From the IMG/VR virus record IMGVR_UViG_3300047476_002078, positions 124,001 to 188,000 of that record: a stretch of 64,000 nt of DNA; one strand, 5' to 3'. This document shows, piece by piece, positions 1 through 13,429 of this stretch; within the stretch, counting starts at the first letter, position 1; each line of letters begins with the position of its first letter. The notes beneath the pieces are model-generated. The model had not been told where the DNA came from and made no database searches. It saw nothing but the letters and a program-made list of their open reading frames with translations. A program made the position numbers and the translations under genes.

Positions 1-368
1 AAACATCGGTATAAAAACTGTTGAGTGGGGTAAATTTCCAATAGTTTCAAAAAACCCAAGAAATTCGGAAATAATAAACATAGTTAAAGGTAACACTGTT
101 TTTGTATGCGGAATAGCTACCATTGATAATTTGAAGAAAAATTCCTCAGATGATTTGGTTTTGTCTCGTAAGCTTGTTCAAAGAAATGTTAAGACAGGTT
201 TCTATGGATTTAACGAACTTAAATTTTTCACTAAAGAAAAATTTGAAAAAGTTATTAGTCAAAACCTTGTTCGGAAACATCTGAACAAGTAAAAACGTCT
301 CTTGAATACAGCATGTTCGGAAATAACCGAACAGCGAGTGTAATATGAACAACAGGGAGCATTAGGAA

Positions 369-533
369 ATGAAAACCTCAAACTTTCAGGTTATAGAAAA
401 TTGGATAGTGAATTGTCCTGAGTGTGATATGACAATGACTGCTCCGTTTAACGAAGATAACCCTATGCAGCCCATGAAAGTCTGTTGTGAATATTGTGCG
501 GAATATTTTATTGTTACCTACGAAAGGGAATAG
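369..533 (+). CDS. small zinc-ribbon protein (not in ORF track)
   Basis: MKTSNFQ...CPEC...CCEYC...ERE*, 54 aa; two CxxC pairs; ends 2 nt before the next ATG (536). Confidence 0.6.
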   Translation: MKTSNFQVIENWIVNCPECDMTMTAPFNEDNPMQPMKVCCEYCAEYFIVTYERE

Positions 534-535
534 TT

Positions 536-865
536 ATGAAAAATTTAATACAGTCTTTTGAAGAATACAGAAAATCAAAGCCTGAATACTATGTAGGTTT
601 AGACAAATATAGCATAGAACATGACTTACATGTGTGGTTAGACGCTATAAAGTGGCAAACTGGAGAAAATTACGATTCTCTCGAAGACAAGATAAGTCAC
701 TTAAACGATCTTACTTATGAGTTAGAGCAAAACTATTTAGTGGAAAAAGAAAAGAATTTAAAATTAATTTCGGCTGTAAAATACGCTCTAGGCGTTTTAA
801 ATTCAGGGCTTCCTATAAGTCCCAACAAAGACACTCACGATATATTAAAAAAGGCTATTGAATAA
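536..865 (+). CDS. hypothetical protein with C-terminal coiled coil
   Basis: ATG at 536 follows the stop of the upstream ORF, so it is preferred over TTG 494. Confidence 0.65.
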   Translation: MKNLIQSFEEYRKSKPEYYVGLDKYSIEHDLHVWLDAIKWQTGENYDSLEDKISHLNDLTYELEQNYLVEKEKNLKLISAVKYALGVLNSGLPISPNKDTHDILKKAIE

Positions 866-2992
866 ATGAAACAGGCTGAATGGAAGGATGCTATTGAATA
901 TGCCATAAAAAGAGTAGAAGATATGCGAGAACTAGGCTCTATAAATGAAACTCAAGCATTACAAATTATCCACGCCATAAAAAATCCTACTTTTATTCCC
1001 TACATAGAAAATAAACAAAATAATGTTAAAATTACAAGTTCTGGAATTTCTGTAGAATCTTACAACAAAGAACTTATAAAACAAGAGTTGCTAAAAATAT
1101 CTAAAGCATAGCGTTATTGGAAACTATACAAACCGTAAATCATGCGGTAGATATTTTGCATGATATTCAAAACATTAGAAATAGACAATATTTACCGTAC
1201 AATCAAACGTGCCTCTAAGTGGCAACATAACTCTTATCATTGGAATGAAGAGTGGGATTGGATTGAGAAAGAACTTCAAAAAGCAGAAGACTTAATACTC
1301 AAGCAACAAGAAAAAATTCAAGACCTTGAAATGCAAAACATAGAATATCAAGAACGGTTTGATGACCTATTCAATTCTTTACCGAGGATAGATTAATGAG
1401 TGAATTCATAAACTACGTTATAAAAGATTATACCGAACATGATTTTTCTTCGACTTGGAAAACCAATAAAATCGTTCATGAAGATAATTTAGAATATCAC
1501 GCACAAGACATTGCAGAAGAACATTTTCAAGATGACCCTTGTAATCCAGAAGACTTTGAATGTGTTGTAGGCGTTCAATGGAATGGATACACAAAATGGT
1601 TCCAAGTTACTGCACAAATAGATGTTGATTTCTTTAGTGATGAAATTGAGTGCCCTTTGATAGATAAGGAAAATATATGAAAAAGATGATTATTGAAGTT
1701 AAAATTAATGAAGCTGATTTTGAGCATATTATGAAAGAAGATAATTTAACTCTCGAAGAAGCGATTCATCAAGAAATAGAAGATGGTAACTTAGACTTTA
1801 ATGAGTTGTGTTTCTATGACATTAAAATCGAAGACTTTGTAGCTCAATGAAATATCGAATAACTTATTACGAACCTTTAAGATGGGTTGATGAATACTAC
1901 ACAATATATGCCGAAACTGAAGAGGAAGCCAGAGAACACCTTAAAGTTTTATTGGCTACATATCCTCCGAAATATCACTCAAGTTATGTGAAAATAGAAA
2001 AAGTTGAACTGATAGAAAAAATTGAATTAATTGAGAAAATGGATTTATAAAGGAAAAAATATGATTTATTCAAATCCTTACAAAGATGACAATAAAACAT
2101 TTCCGCAAATCATCAAAGAAAGAATTGAATATTACGATTTTTATAGCGGTGGTCAGCTAGAACAATTGGAACAGCAATTAAAAAGCACTCAAGCAGTTAT
2201 TATGCTTATCTCCGAAGTTCTCACAGATGAACAGAAAAAAGTGATAGCTGAAAACCTGAACTATTTTCCTAAGAGGTAGAAATGGAATGGGATAAGACCG
2301 TTGAACCTACAAAAAAGAAAACTGTAATCGTAAGAGTACAAGTTGAGGTTGAAGATTACAAAAATGCTAAAGAGCTTTGTAAACTCACTCATGCTGAAAT
2401 TGTAGAAATGATTGCCGAAGATGGAACATGCGGTTTAAGCAATTATGTCGCAAACACAGACAATTGGATAAGCTAATGAAGCCAAAAATGTTTTTATCTC
2501 CACAGACTTATAACTCTATATACTCCGAAAGCTCCGGAATACTTATAACTACAAAACTTCCTCCAGAACCTACTGAGCACGTTAAAGCTAAGAATAAAAA
2601 GCTTCGGGAAGAAAATTCCAAAATGAAAAGAACTCTCGAATTTCTTGCAGAACAATATAAAGATACCGCCATTGGAGCCTTGGCAAGAGAAGCCATAAAG
2701 GAACAAACATGAAAGTAAAAGAATTGATTAATTGGCTTGATGGCTGGGACAATCAAATGTCTATTTATGACAAAGACCTTCAAGAAGCTTTTTCAACAGA
2801 ACTGGGAATACAGATAAGTAAGCCAACAAAGAAGGAAGTTAAAGAAACTCTCGAAGAACTTCAATGGGCTTATCACACCATAGACGCTCGATTATCATTT
2901 GGATTAGAAGAATCCCAAGCAATCATAGCCAGAGAAAGAAGAATTAAAAGCGTGTTGTTAGATGCAATAGAGTCTTTAAAGGAAATTTAAAA

Positions 2993-3406
2993 ATGGAAAC
3001 ATTGTTAATTATATTTGGGGTAGTAGCCCTTTGTGTAGGACTATTTGTTTGGGGTTGGAAATATGAAAAGAAATGGTTAAAAATAAACCACGATAAAACT
3101 GTACAACAAGCACAGAAATGGTTGGAAAGAGAACATCAAAAGAAGATGTCCAAAGTCGTAATCAAGACAAAATCAGGATTTACATTCACCACAACCGAAA
3201 TTGCTCCCCACTATGAAATTCATTCTAACTGGTCATTAGAAGCTGACCACGAAAAAAGATATGAATTCTCAAGACACTCGTCAAAGCAAAATGCCAAAAA
3301 AGCCATAGAAGATTGGATAGATAATGACCGATTCTACGATGTAGAAACATGCACTTATATTCCAATGTGTGAAATAGAATCTTTTAAAGTAGTGGTTGAA
3401 GAATGA
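2993..3406 (+). CDS. hypothetical protein with N-terminal membrane anchor
   Basis: Hydrophobic LLIIFGVVALCVGLFVWGW segment. Confidence 0.7.
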   Translation: METLLIIFGVVALCVGLFVWGWKYEKKWLKINHDKTVQQAQKWLEREHQKKMSKVVIKTKSGFTFTTTEIAPHYEIHSNWSLEADHEKRYEFSRHSSKQNAKKAIEDWIDNDRFYDVETCTYIPMCEIESFKVVVEE

Positions 3407-4250
3407 AAACGCTAGAAGACTTCATTGGCTTGATGAACTTTTATAAAGGGCAAGCCGATGATGGAAGATACTACAATCCTCACGAAGTTGAAGAAGAGTT
3501 AAGTGCAATACTGAGAGACATAAAATTTAAAGACCGAGATGAATGGCAAAAATATAAAGACATGGCTCATGATACAGGCTTACTCTTTTGGGATATGTAA
3601 AATGGAAAATTTAAAATCAAAAACTCTTTTCAAGGTAAGTCTTCAAACTAGAAAGTTTGAATTTGAAGTTTATGGTGAAAATGAAGACGAAATCATCAAA
3701 ATATTAGAAAAAGGTGTCAGGAAACATTGTAAGCAATATGAAGTAAGCGTGGATGAGTTTTGGAAAGAATACAAACGAGATACTCAGATCACTCAAATAC
3801 AATTGAATAAAGCCTACAGAGACTTGGAAGAAATATGAATCCTTATAAAACTGCACAAACCGTAAGAGCTACATACAATCACTTAAACACATTTGCTTAT
3901 CAAGCCTTCGATAACATCAATCCGCAAATGCGAAAAGATTTAAGCACTATATTGAACCGATTGAATGAATTAGCTTCTAACATCGAACATGAAGCAGATA
4001 AAGAAATAGAAGGGGATAACAGTGATTCCTGAAAAGTATTATGTCATCTCTGCGGTAATCGTTATATTTTGGATATTTTTTTCAGGCAAAATTAAATGTT
4101 GGTTCATGGAAAAGCACCAATGGTCTTCTTCTGTTCTACAGAGAACCTGTAAATCATGCGGTAAAACTCAATATTTAAACATGAAAATGGGCAGGTACGT
4201 GGATTAATAACCTATAATTATATGTTTATAGTAAATGGAGTTCAATAAAC

Positions 4251-5171
4251 ATGAAAAAGTCAGATAAGAAATGTTGGGAAGGATACGAAAGAGTGCCCGG
4301 AACAAAGCCCGGTGAAAAAGGCTCTTGTAGAAAAAAATCACAAACCAAAGTAAGTAGTGATTTTAATTCCGATGAAATGGAAATGATAAAGAAAATGAAA
4401 GAGTACCAAGCTCAAGGAAAAACTCTTATCACAAATATGAAACCTTCAGTATTCAAACAAAAACTTCCTAATCTTTATAAAGTGATTGATAAAGGGCTAC
4501 TCAAGTTCACCGGAGCAGTAAAGCTCGTAAACAAAGTAGCAAACTCAAAACTTCAAGATTATCGCAAAGCTCTTGAACTACTCAGCCAACTTGAAAAACT
4601 AGATGGTATGCAGGATGAATACAGTGAGAAGATTCAAAACGCTTACGACAATCCTAACTCCGCTAAATCAGCACTAGAAAAACTTATCAAATCTCTTACC
4701 AAAGAAATTGAAAAGAAAAAGAAAAAAGCTAGTCAGCCATCTTACGAAGAATGGCTCAAACAAAAAAATGAACTGCAAGATGAAGTGGATAAAACTTCCG
4801 AAGCACTCAATAAGATCACGGGTAAAGGTGGAGGATTAACCCCAGATTCCATCAAAAACACTCCAGAGTATAAGAAAGCCAAGAAAGACTACAATGATGC
4901 CTTTGAGAAATTGAGAAACTTTAATGGAAAATCCCCTGCCGAGTACATGAAGAGAAAAAGAAGAGGGAGCACCCATATTGCAAAAAGCCCTACATTAACT
5001 ATCAGCATAAAAGACCCTAAAGCAAAAGAAATTATTGCTATCTCCGAAAAAGCAAATCTTGATTGGTCTATGTCAGGCAAAAATATGCAATTCAGTAGCG
5101 ATGGTAGCAAGTCACAAAATGACGCAATGGTTAAAATAATGGAAATCGCTACAGATTATTCTTTGCGTTAA
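4251..5171 (+). CDS. Lys-rich hypothetical protein, possible virion-associated protein
   Basis: 306 aa, own RBS (GGAG), N-terminal CWEGYERVPGTKPGEKGSC motif. Confidence 0.75.
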   Translation: MKKSDKKCWEGYERVPGTKPGEKGSCRKKSQTKVSSDFNSDEMEMIKKMKEYQAQGKTLITNMKPSVFKQKLPNLYKVIDKGLLKFTGAVKLVNKVANSKLQDYRKALELLSQLEKLDGMQDEYSEKIQNAYDNPNSAKSALEKLIKSLTKEIEKKKKKASQPSYEEWLKQKNELQDEVDKTSEALNKITGKGGGLTPDSIKNTPEYKKAKKDYNDAFEKLRNFNGKSPAEYMKRKRRGSTHIAKSPTLTISIKDPKAKEIIAISEKANLDWSMSGKNMQFSSDGSKSQNDAMVKIMEIATDYSLR

Positions 5172-5281
5172 ATATTTACAATTTGCAAACTGTGTAAGTA
5201 ACCGTAAATCTGTGCGGTAAAATTCATTTTTCAAACTACGGAAAAATAGGGTATAAATTCCTGCAAAGGAAACACCCTGTT

Positions 5282-5845
5282 ATGAAGACCCTAGAAGAAG
5301 CCCTTAAAATACTACTAAATGACGCATTTAGTCTTCAGCTTAACATAAACGACACCTTCTATTGGGCGTGTGCCGATGCCGAAGAAATAAGCGGTGATGA
5401 CGCTCTTGACCTAATCCCATACATTCAAAAATATGACTACCATGCAATTACAGCCTTCGTAGCTGCCAAACGAGAATTACTCCATAACGATAACGCTCAA
5501 CCAATGCTCATGGATAAAAGATATGAGAAATACTTCGGAGAAAACCCACAAGAAAAAAGAGACATGTATCAGAAAGCTAGATTAGAAATCATAAACGCTA
5601 TAAAAAATCCTTCTATGGAAGAGTTCACAGATGTTGCCTTTGAGTACCGTCAAATCCAAAACGAAGAAGAAGAATTTGGAGAGAAAATAAAATGGAGTAG
5701 CAAATCCCTCGAAGGTATGACTTATGTAACTCAGATTGCATACCTACCAAAGATGGGAATTTCCGGAACTGGCTCCAACATGGAACAGGCTCGAAAAAAT
5801 CTCAAGCTCCAGTACGACGAAATGGTAAGTCGAAGAGGTAAATGA
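5282..5845 (+). CDS. hypothetical protein
   Basis: 187-aa ORF with upstream AT-rich promoter-like spacer and RBS. Confidence 0.75.
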   Translation: MKTLEEALKILLNDAFSLQLNINDTFYWACADAEEISGDDALDLIPYIQKYDYHAITAFVAAKRELLHNDNAQPMLMDKRYEKYFGENPQEKRDMYQKARLEIINAIKNPSMEEFTDVAFEYRQIQNEEEEFGEKIKWSSKSLEGMTYVTQIAYLPKMGISGTGSNMEQARKNLKLQYDEMVSRRGK

Positions 5846-6233
5846 TGAAAACGAAACTTATCAATAAAGACAAACCTGAAAGATGCTCCACAAAACCTTT
5901 CTGTCCATTTTTAATGAAACATAAAGGAACTTACCATTGCACCATAACAGCGGAAGAAGTTGACCATGGTGATGAGGAAGATGGTAGCGATTACATTTTT
6001 ATCCGAACAAAATCTTGTCTTGAAGAAACTTTTAAGTCTATGGAGACACATGACCAACAAGAAGCCCTAAAATCCGCTCAAAAAGCAATCGAAGCGTACA
6101 ACAGTCACGAATTATGTGGTGATGTAGGAACCTTCGCAGGGATAAACAGTATGTCTCCAGAAGACGTTGCAAAATATTTCTATACCGAAGGGTACTGCCA
6201 AGCAGAAAAAGACTTGGGGCAAAGGAGTAAGAC

Positions 6234-6401
6234 GTGAACCTAAAAGATGAACTCGCATTTGAAAAGTGGTGGAACGAAAACAATGAAGATACAGACGAGG
6301 AAGAAAAACAAACTAAATCATACAATTTTTTAAAAGAGCAGTTTAAAAGAGCGTGGACAAAAGCTTGTAAATATAAAGAAGAATCAAAAGAGGTTGAATG
6401 A
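6234..6401 (+). CDS. small hypothetical protein of the FEKWW family (not in ORF track)
   Basis: GTG overlaps upstream TGA; MNLKDELAFEKWW...AWTKACKYKEE resembles 10784..11155. Confidence 0.65.
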   Translation: MNLKDELAFEKWWNENNEDTDEEEKQTKSYNFLKEQFKRAWTKACKYKEESKEVE

Positions 6402-6791
6402 AACAGGGATTCTATCTAAGCCCATGTGGAAAACACATCATCGAACTCATTAGAAGTGGAAAAACATGGGATAATAACATTGTCTTCAATAAGCATGGAC
6501 ACGGATGGTTTTATCTATCAAAACCAAAAGTAGAAATCATGCTGTCTGCATGGATACCACTAGAATGAGTCAAAATGAAATGTTCTGGTATCTCCAATTG
6601 CAATTCCTAGCTCGAAGCTCGATGTGCCTCGCTGATACCTTTAATGGCATAAGATATGGTGGAATGTATAAGGAAAATGCCCACAGTCGGAAAATGATCG
6701 CCTTACTAGGGAAAGACCCTTACTCATGGACAGAAGAAGAACATGACTGTCTCGCTACACATATTGCAATACAGTTATCAGGAATAGAAAC

Positions 6792-7097
6792 ATGAGTTGG
6801 GATGTTTGTATTGTCGATAGTCAAGGAAACGAAGTCGAACTCGTTCGTAATGTGACATACAACAATAGCCAAATCTTTCAAGCTATTGGATGCTATTACA
6901 AAGAAGCCTCCACAAACTGTTGTGTTTGGGTTGAACTTTGTAATCAGGGAATCAAAGAGCTTCAAGCTAACCGATTAAAGTACACTCATCTTGAGCCTGA
7001 TAATAAATGGGGCGGAATTAATGACACAATTGATTTTCTGACTCAACTTCGTGAAAAATGTCAGATGCACCATGATCTATATGTAGAGTGGAGATAA
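6792..7097 (+). CDS. conserved-type phage hypothetical protein
   Basis: MSWDV...NVTYNN...LEPDNKWGG pattern typical of a widespread phage family (recalled, not searched). Confidence 0.65.
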   Translation: MSWDVCIVDSQGNEVELVRNVTYNNSQIFQAIGCYYKEASTNCCVWVELCNQGIKELQANRLKYTHLEPDNKWGGINDTIDFLTQLREKCQMHHDLYVEWR

Positions 7098-7935
7098 TAT
7101 GAACAAAAAAGACTTGGACGCTTTTGAAAAGTATGAAGGGCACGGTGCGGTAGTTTACCCACTAGATTCAGATAACATTAGAGAGATTGAACAAGATGCT
7201 TTTGAAGCAGGAGCCATACATGGTCGATCTCAACTCAATGAACTTCGTGACGCTAACATGGCAGAGCTTTATCAGATGATAGAAAAGCTCCAGAAAGAAA
7301 TAGAACAAGAACACGAAAAAAGTAAAATTCTTTTAGAGGCTTTGAAGATAAACTTGCCTCCGATTTTTGATAACACCTGCGAAGGGTGTCGAGAGGCAGA
7401 AAGAATAAGCAAAAAATCAATAGCCCAGTATAACAAATTGGAGAACCTATGAGCTTAGGACAGTTTTACACTAGAAAAGAAGATAGCAAACAATTCAAAA
7501 TGTATAAGAAAATTCTTAATGGTATCATCCTGACTGAATTCGATAAAAAAACAGGTGTGCCTTATAGCAATGATTCTTATCAAATTTTTGTAACAAAAGA
7601 TGAACTTGAAAACAGTTTCACAAACTTTGATTTTAAATTAGATACCACAGAATCCATGAACCGAATTGTTTCAAAAGCTTTAAAAGAAATTTTATATCAG
7701 TTACAGAATCATGGAATAGAAGAAAACAAATCAAGAAGCTTTGACGAATTCATGGGACACTCTCCTGTATCATGTAGCGTTTTGAGCGATATGGTAAAAA
7801 ATCCTAAATGTGAATTCAAAGATTTTTTCAGCAATTCAGATGATGAATGGGAAATGGGAGAAGCCGAAGATATTTTCTATTTTCTAAAAGATGGAGTAAC
7901 ACCTATCCTGAAAAAAATGCTATTAGAGGCTCAAA

Positions 7936-8265
7936 ATGAAATTTAGGAAAAAGCCTGTCATTGTAGAAGCAGTACAGTGGAAAAGTAACAACCTAGAAGA
8001 GTTAAAAGCCTTCGTTCCAAAAGAATTTAGACGGAGGCTACATGCCCTACATAACAAAATACACAAACCTATGGGTATCATAACTCGCAAAGGAGTAATG
8101 ACTATTTCCGAAGGAGATTGGATAATAAAAGGCGTACACGGTGAATTCTATCCATGTAAACCTGACATCTTTGAAAAAACCTACGAAGCTGTAATAGAAA
8201 AACCAAAACCTCTATCACTCAAAGAAAGCTTCAAATTATTTCTCGCAGACTGGAAAGCAAAATGA
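7936..8265 (+). CDS. phage protein of the KFRKKPVxVEAxQW family
   Basis: KFRKKPVIVEAVQW...GDWIIKGVHGEFYPCKPDIFEKTYE signature. Confidence 0.8.
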   Translation: MKFRKKPVIVEAVQWKSNNLEELKAFVPKEFRRRLHALHNKIHKPMGIITRKGVMTISEGDWIIKGVHGEFYPCKPDIFEKTYEAVIEKPKPLSLKESFKLFLADWKAK

Positions 8266-9763
8266 AAAGACTTACCCCAGAGCAAAAAGAACAAGCTATC
8301 AAAGCCTACATTAAGCATAACACCAAACCCATTACATGCTCTAAATGTAAAACCGCAGAAAATCTCATCGAAGATATAAACTACGGTTCTTATACAGATA
8401 AAACAGAGCACCAAGATATATTCTGCGGAAAATGCCTCCACAAAAGCCTACTCAAAGATAGAGCAACTCTAGTGCAAACATTTATCGAACACTATCAAAA
8501 GGAGTAACCTCTAATGGAAGCAATCGAAATAATCAAAGCCATAGCACTCCTATGTCAAATAACAGTAGCAACTTCCGGAGTAGCTAGAGACGCAAGGTTA
8601 AGCTCAGAAGAAGCTCAAAAAGAATGTCACAAGTATTATGCCAAGTGCATCCATAGCCCTAGAGCAAGAATGTCATACGATATGGCAGATGACCTTAGAA
8701 AGTGCATGGAAAATAGAAAATGAAAATACCAAAGATTCCTGACATCATGGGAACCCACAGGCTAGACACTCCCACAAAATGTAAAACCTGTGCCTATCAT
8801 ACCCCAAGCACGGAAGACGAAGACGAAATGACAAAAATGTACCACGCAGAAAAACCTCTACCTCACCCCTGTCACGAAAGAAAAAACGGATGGGTGTGTA
8901 AAGGCTCATTAGAATCATTCCAACGATTAGGACTGGAAATACAACTATGAAAAAACAAATACAAGAATACTTAATGAGCGGTGGACTGTTTAACCCAGAA
9001 CTCATGGAACACCAAAAAGTACAAAAACTCATCCTAGACTGCCAAAAAGAACTCGAAGAAAAAGATAAGAAAATAAACTTCCTGATAAAACAAATCAAAA
9101 AAGCTAATGATCTCCTAGCGGTAAAAAGCGGATATGAATTCTACGATGAAGAGTTTGAAGAAGCCCTTTCAATGGAACAAACATGAAAAAACTCCTGTGC
9201 TATGTGGGAATCAATAACAAATTTGTCATGTGTGAACACTTCCCAGACGACGAAGAACACGCCGGACTACACGACATGCTACAAGATTTTTTAGACTACG
9301 ATGACGCACTAGCGGATGAACCTGTACCGCAAGGCTTTTATATGCTAGAATTTGAAATCGAGTACAGTGAACACGCATGGGATGGAGAACAAGAAGCCTA
9401 CCTTCAATTAAAGGCGTACACTCCTCACAAAGGAATATAAGAATGAAACGGAAAACTTACAGCTTAAACCAGTTCGACAAACAATTAGAAGACTTAGCAA
9501 AAGTCTATATGGACCACTACATACAACTCAATCAAAACACCTATGCGGTAATCTCCTTACCAAAAACCATAGACGGAACACGAGCCTATACATATTCCCT
9601 AGTAAACATCGAAACAGGAAAAGCTGAAAGCTCATTCTGCCAATTCGCTGACTATAGCGATATGCTACTCAATATGAGCCTGCACCATAAACTTGGATTT
9701 GAAGACGAAATGCTATGGAACGCCACAGTATGCCTTATAGAAGGAAGGAAAAAGAATACAATG

Positions 9764-9779
9764 GTGGAATCGGTATAGC
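9764..9779 (+). promoter_or_regulatory. conserved 16-bp promoter-like element
   Basis: GTGGAATCGGTATAGC; ATG at 9807 with GGAGG. Confidence 0.75.
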
Positions 9780-10046
9780 CTCCGAAAACTTATGGAGGAT
9801 ACCAAAATGGACTCAATCGAAAAAAACTGGACAGATAAAGCAAAAAACCTACTTTTAGGAAGAAAAATCGTTGCAGTAAGATATATGACGCAAAAGGAAG
9901 CCGATTCATTAGGATGGCATAGCCGTGGAGTAGTCATTCAACTAGACAATGGACTTTTGATATACCCTAGCCGAGACGACGAAGGAAACGACTCTGGAGC
10001 ATTATTTACCTCAGACGAAAATGAACCTACCCTACCAGTTCTCTAA

Positions 10047-10062
10047 GTGGATTCGGTAAAGC
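10047..10062 (+). promoter_or_regulatory. 16-bp promoter-like element (variant)
   Basis: GTGGATTCGGTAAAGC; real ATG probably 10089, not the GTG of the motif. Confidence 0.65.
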
Positions 10063-10372
10063 ACCTGAAAAAACAGGAGAACCTTCCCATGAAAGAAATA
10101 GACACCGCACTAAAAGCCTACATGAAAGAAAACAACGTGGATAAAAATGAACTTTTAGATGATATGGAAAATCAATCACACGGTTATAAATTAGCGATAG
10201 AAGCCTCTAACTATATCAAAATGTTCACAGGCACATCCTCTTTCTCCATGAAAGACTTGGAAACCCTACTAAAGAGATAAACACCAATACCCTAAAAGTA
10301 ACGCCGTGCGGTAGCAAAAATAAAACATATAGCGTATAACACCTATCTATCCTCAATAGAAAAGGAAACCAA

Positions 10373-10774
10373 ATGTTTTATTACAAAGATTCCGAAAAGC
10401 AGATGAAACTTGGGAAGTTAATCACTGAGCTTGAATCTATAAAAGATAAAACAAAAGAAGTTATATTCGACTTCGGTTACTTTATTCCAAACGACTTCAT
10501 AAGTTGGAGAGGTAGTTACGATTTACTTAGCCTAACCTATGTGCCTGTTTTTGAAGCATCCGAACGAACAACAGTTGAAATTCTTTTAAAGAAAGCTAAA
10601 GATTCTGTTGGTAAAGAGTTTTACGGTTATAAAGGGGGAGAATACGTCATGAGCGAATATTCACCTATATGGATTTCAAACTACGGACATTCAAATTCTA
10701 CAGGTCTGTTATCGGTAAGTGAGAAAAAATATAATGTTGTTTTGAATACTTTTTATTGCGAGTACGGCAGTTAA
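10373..10774 (+). CDS. conserved-type phage hypothetical protein
   Basis: SWRGSYDLL...GKEFYGYKGGEYVM pattern. Confidence 0.7.
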   Translation: MFYYKDSEKQMKLGKLITELESIKDKTKEVIFDFGYFIPNDFISWRGSYDLLSLTYVPVFEASERTTVEILLKKAKDSVGKEFYGYKGGEYVMSEYSPIWISNYGHSNSTGLLSVSEKKYNVVLNTFYCEYGS

Positions 10775-13429
10775 GGAAAGACAATGAGCTTGAATGAAGA
10801 CAACCTAGAATTTGAAAAATGGTTTGAACAGTACCGTAGCGGCGGTTCAATATACGACCACATGAAAACTGCATGGGATACCGCCTGCAAATACAAAAAT
10901 AAAGAACACTTCAATTTAATTGACGCAATGACTCAAACCAGTCAGAACAACGCTCAATTAAAAGAAATGCTTAAAGAAGAACAGGAAAAAATTAAGATCA
11001 TTATCGAAGCACTAGAATTTTATGCCGATGAAGCTCACCTCGAAATGAAATACTCTATCGGTAATGAAGGAAACTACCCCCTCGGAGAATACTGGAATGA
11101 TACCATGTGTTCCGAAAATGGAAGAAAAGCCAGAGAAGCTCTTGCCAAGGTATAAAGCATGAATAAACAAGATCAAGATAATTTTGACAAGTGGTGGCAC
11201 TCAACAGGATTCCCAAACGCTAAACCATCTGAAACATGGCAAGCAGCATTAGAGGATGAACGAAATAGACTAACCCCCATAATGAAAGGATTAGCCGATG
11301 TTAATGAAGCCTTATCCATGGAACTATACAAAAAACAAGAAAAAATTAAAGCCCTAATAAAGGCACTAGAATTTTATGCGGATGAAAACAATTGGCAAAG
11401 CATACAAGTTGGATACGGCTCAAGATCACAAATAAAACACTACGACCTCTTTGATACATCAACCGATGATACACAAAGATTAGTGGGAGGATTTAAAGCC
11501 AGAGAAATCCTCAAGGAATACAAAGAACATGGGAATGAAAACCCTCCAAGAATTTAAAGATGAAGTATTAAGCTACTTCGATGACAACATGAGAACTTAC
11601 TGCCCCCTATGTTACGGAGCATTAGCTATCCTAAACAGCCACAAATGCAATGAAGGATGGGAAATGTATTACAAAGCAGAAAACCTATCCTACGAACAAA
11701 AAGTAAAAGCCTGTGTGGGAGCATTAAGGGCAAAAAAGTTCTCAAAACGTAGAGGATTTCTGGAAAAAGCACACTTCTTCTATGGTCCAGAATGGGATAA
11801 GGATGAATAAATGGATATAAGAGAATTAATAGAAGGGAAATCTTTCGACCAATGGTATAAAAACGCCTGTTACGATACAAACGACGAACTCTTGAGACTT
11901 CGGATGTTAGAATGTTGGCAAGCCTCTGCTCAAGTGAAAGATAAAGAGTGGGAAACAAAAATGTGGAGATTACGGTACTTCACCTTCGCTCACGCATTAC
12001 ACTACTTTGAACAAAAAACAGGAGAAAAAAGAGAAGCTATCAAAAAAGTAAGATCAGTAAGTGACTTCGGATATGTTCTATGTGAAGTCATAACCGCATC
12101 AAACACCCATTATATCAGTGATGAGATGGAAGCAGGATTCCTGCTCGATTGGGCTGAAACACAAGGAAAAATATGTATTTAGTAACAACACCAACTCAAA
12201 TTGATACCTCTTTCGATGTGTATTATCACAAGATCAATCCCAAGGATAAAACATGGAAAAGCGTTTTAGAGGCTATTGAGAGAGAACTTGAGAGTCAGTA
12301 TTTTGCTAACGATGAAAAGCTAAATGGAATATCTTTCAATATCAGAATAACCAATAAGCTCCCCGATGATGTTTACATGGAAGAGGATTAGAGGAAATCG
12401 TTCTGTAACCGAAATGGAAACGTAGGCATTAAAACAAGTAAAAGAGAACCGTGGAATATAAGGTAGAAACCATGTGGAAAATAATCGCAACCATAATAAG
12501 AACAATCATACTAGGAATAAGCCTCATCATATTTACCCCATGGTGGATTGGACGCTTCATAGAATACCTAGTCAAAAACATCAACAATACATACGATAAA
12601 ACACTCCTAGTAAAAATAAGAACAGTCATACATAAATGGCTCAAAATCACTCAAAACCTTTACAAAAAAGAAGAATAAAATGGGAGCACCCGACAGAATC
12701 ACCATAAATACAAACAAATTTATCGGAATAGGTATAGGATTCGATACCTTCCCCTACACCATAACCATATACATAAACATACCATTCCTATGTATCCAAA
12801 TCGGATTAGGGAAACCATATACACAAAAGTAAAACCTTGCGGTAAAACATGAAAACAAATGACCAAAACTTCCTACTCGCCACTAAAGAAGATATGTTTA
12901 TCAAAATCTTATGGAGATTCTACCGCTTCAATCACGAAGAATTCTCAAACGAATGTCTCTACATATTAGATAAAACACCCCCAAACTTTATGGGAGTATA
13001 TTTTATATGAACAAAAAAGAACTAGCCAAAGAACTCTTCAAAGTAGAACTCAATATAGGGCAAAACAAAAACTCCCTACAACTATACATAGATAAGAAAG
13101 GTGAACTACATACCATCAAACGACTCAATACCTACTTGATAGAGGTAAGAACAAAAGATAAAGCAGGATGGGCTACAGGCAATATATCAAAGGTAAAGAA
13201 AGCACTCAATCTAACCTATATCACCACTATAAAGATATGAACAAAAATCACAAAAAGAAAATCAAAGAGTTTGATGAAAAATCTAAGAAAAGAAAAGACC
13301 TAAACCTATTAGCACGTATGTTCTATTTCTACCTTGTATATTCCTCTATAGGTATTTAAGGTCTTTTATATCCTTTATACCCTATTCTTCTTTTCTGTAT
13401 TCCCACAAGAGAAAGATAGAAATACCCAT

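Larger units (their letters stand above)
369..13359 (+). other. array of about 45 short, abutting, co-oriented hypothetical phage ORFs
   Basis: Most ORFs are 55-190 aa with ATGA/abutting overlaps and GGAG-type RBS; the overlapping minus-strand ORFs in the track are shadows. Confidence 0.85.
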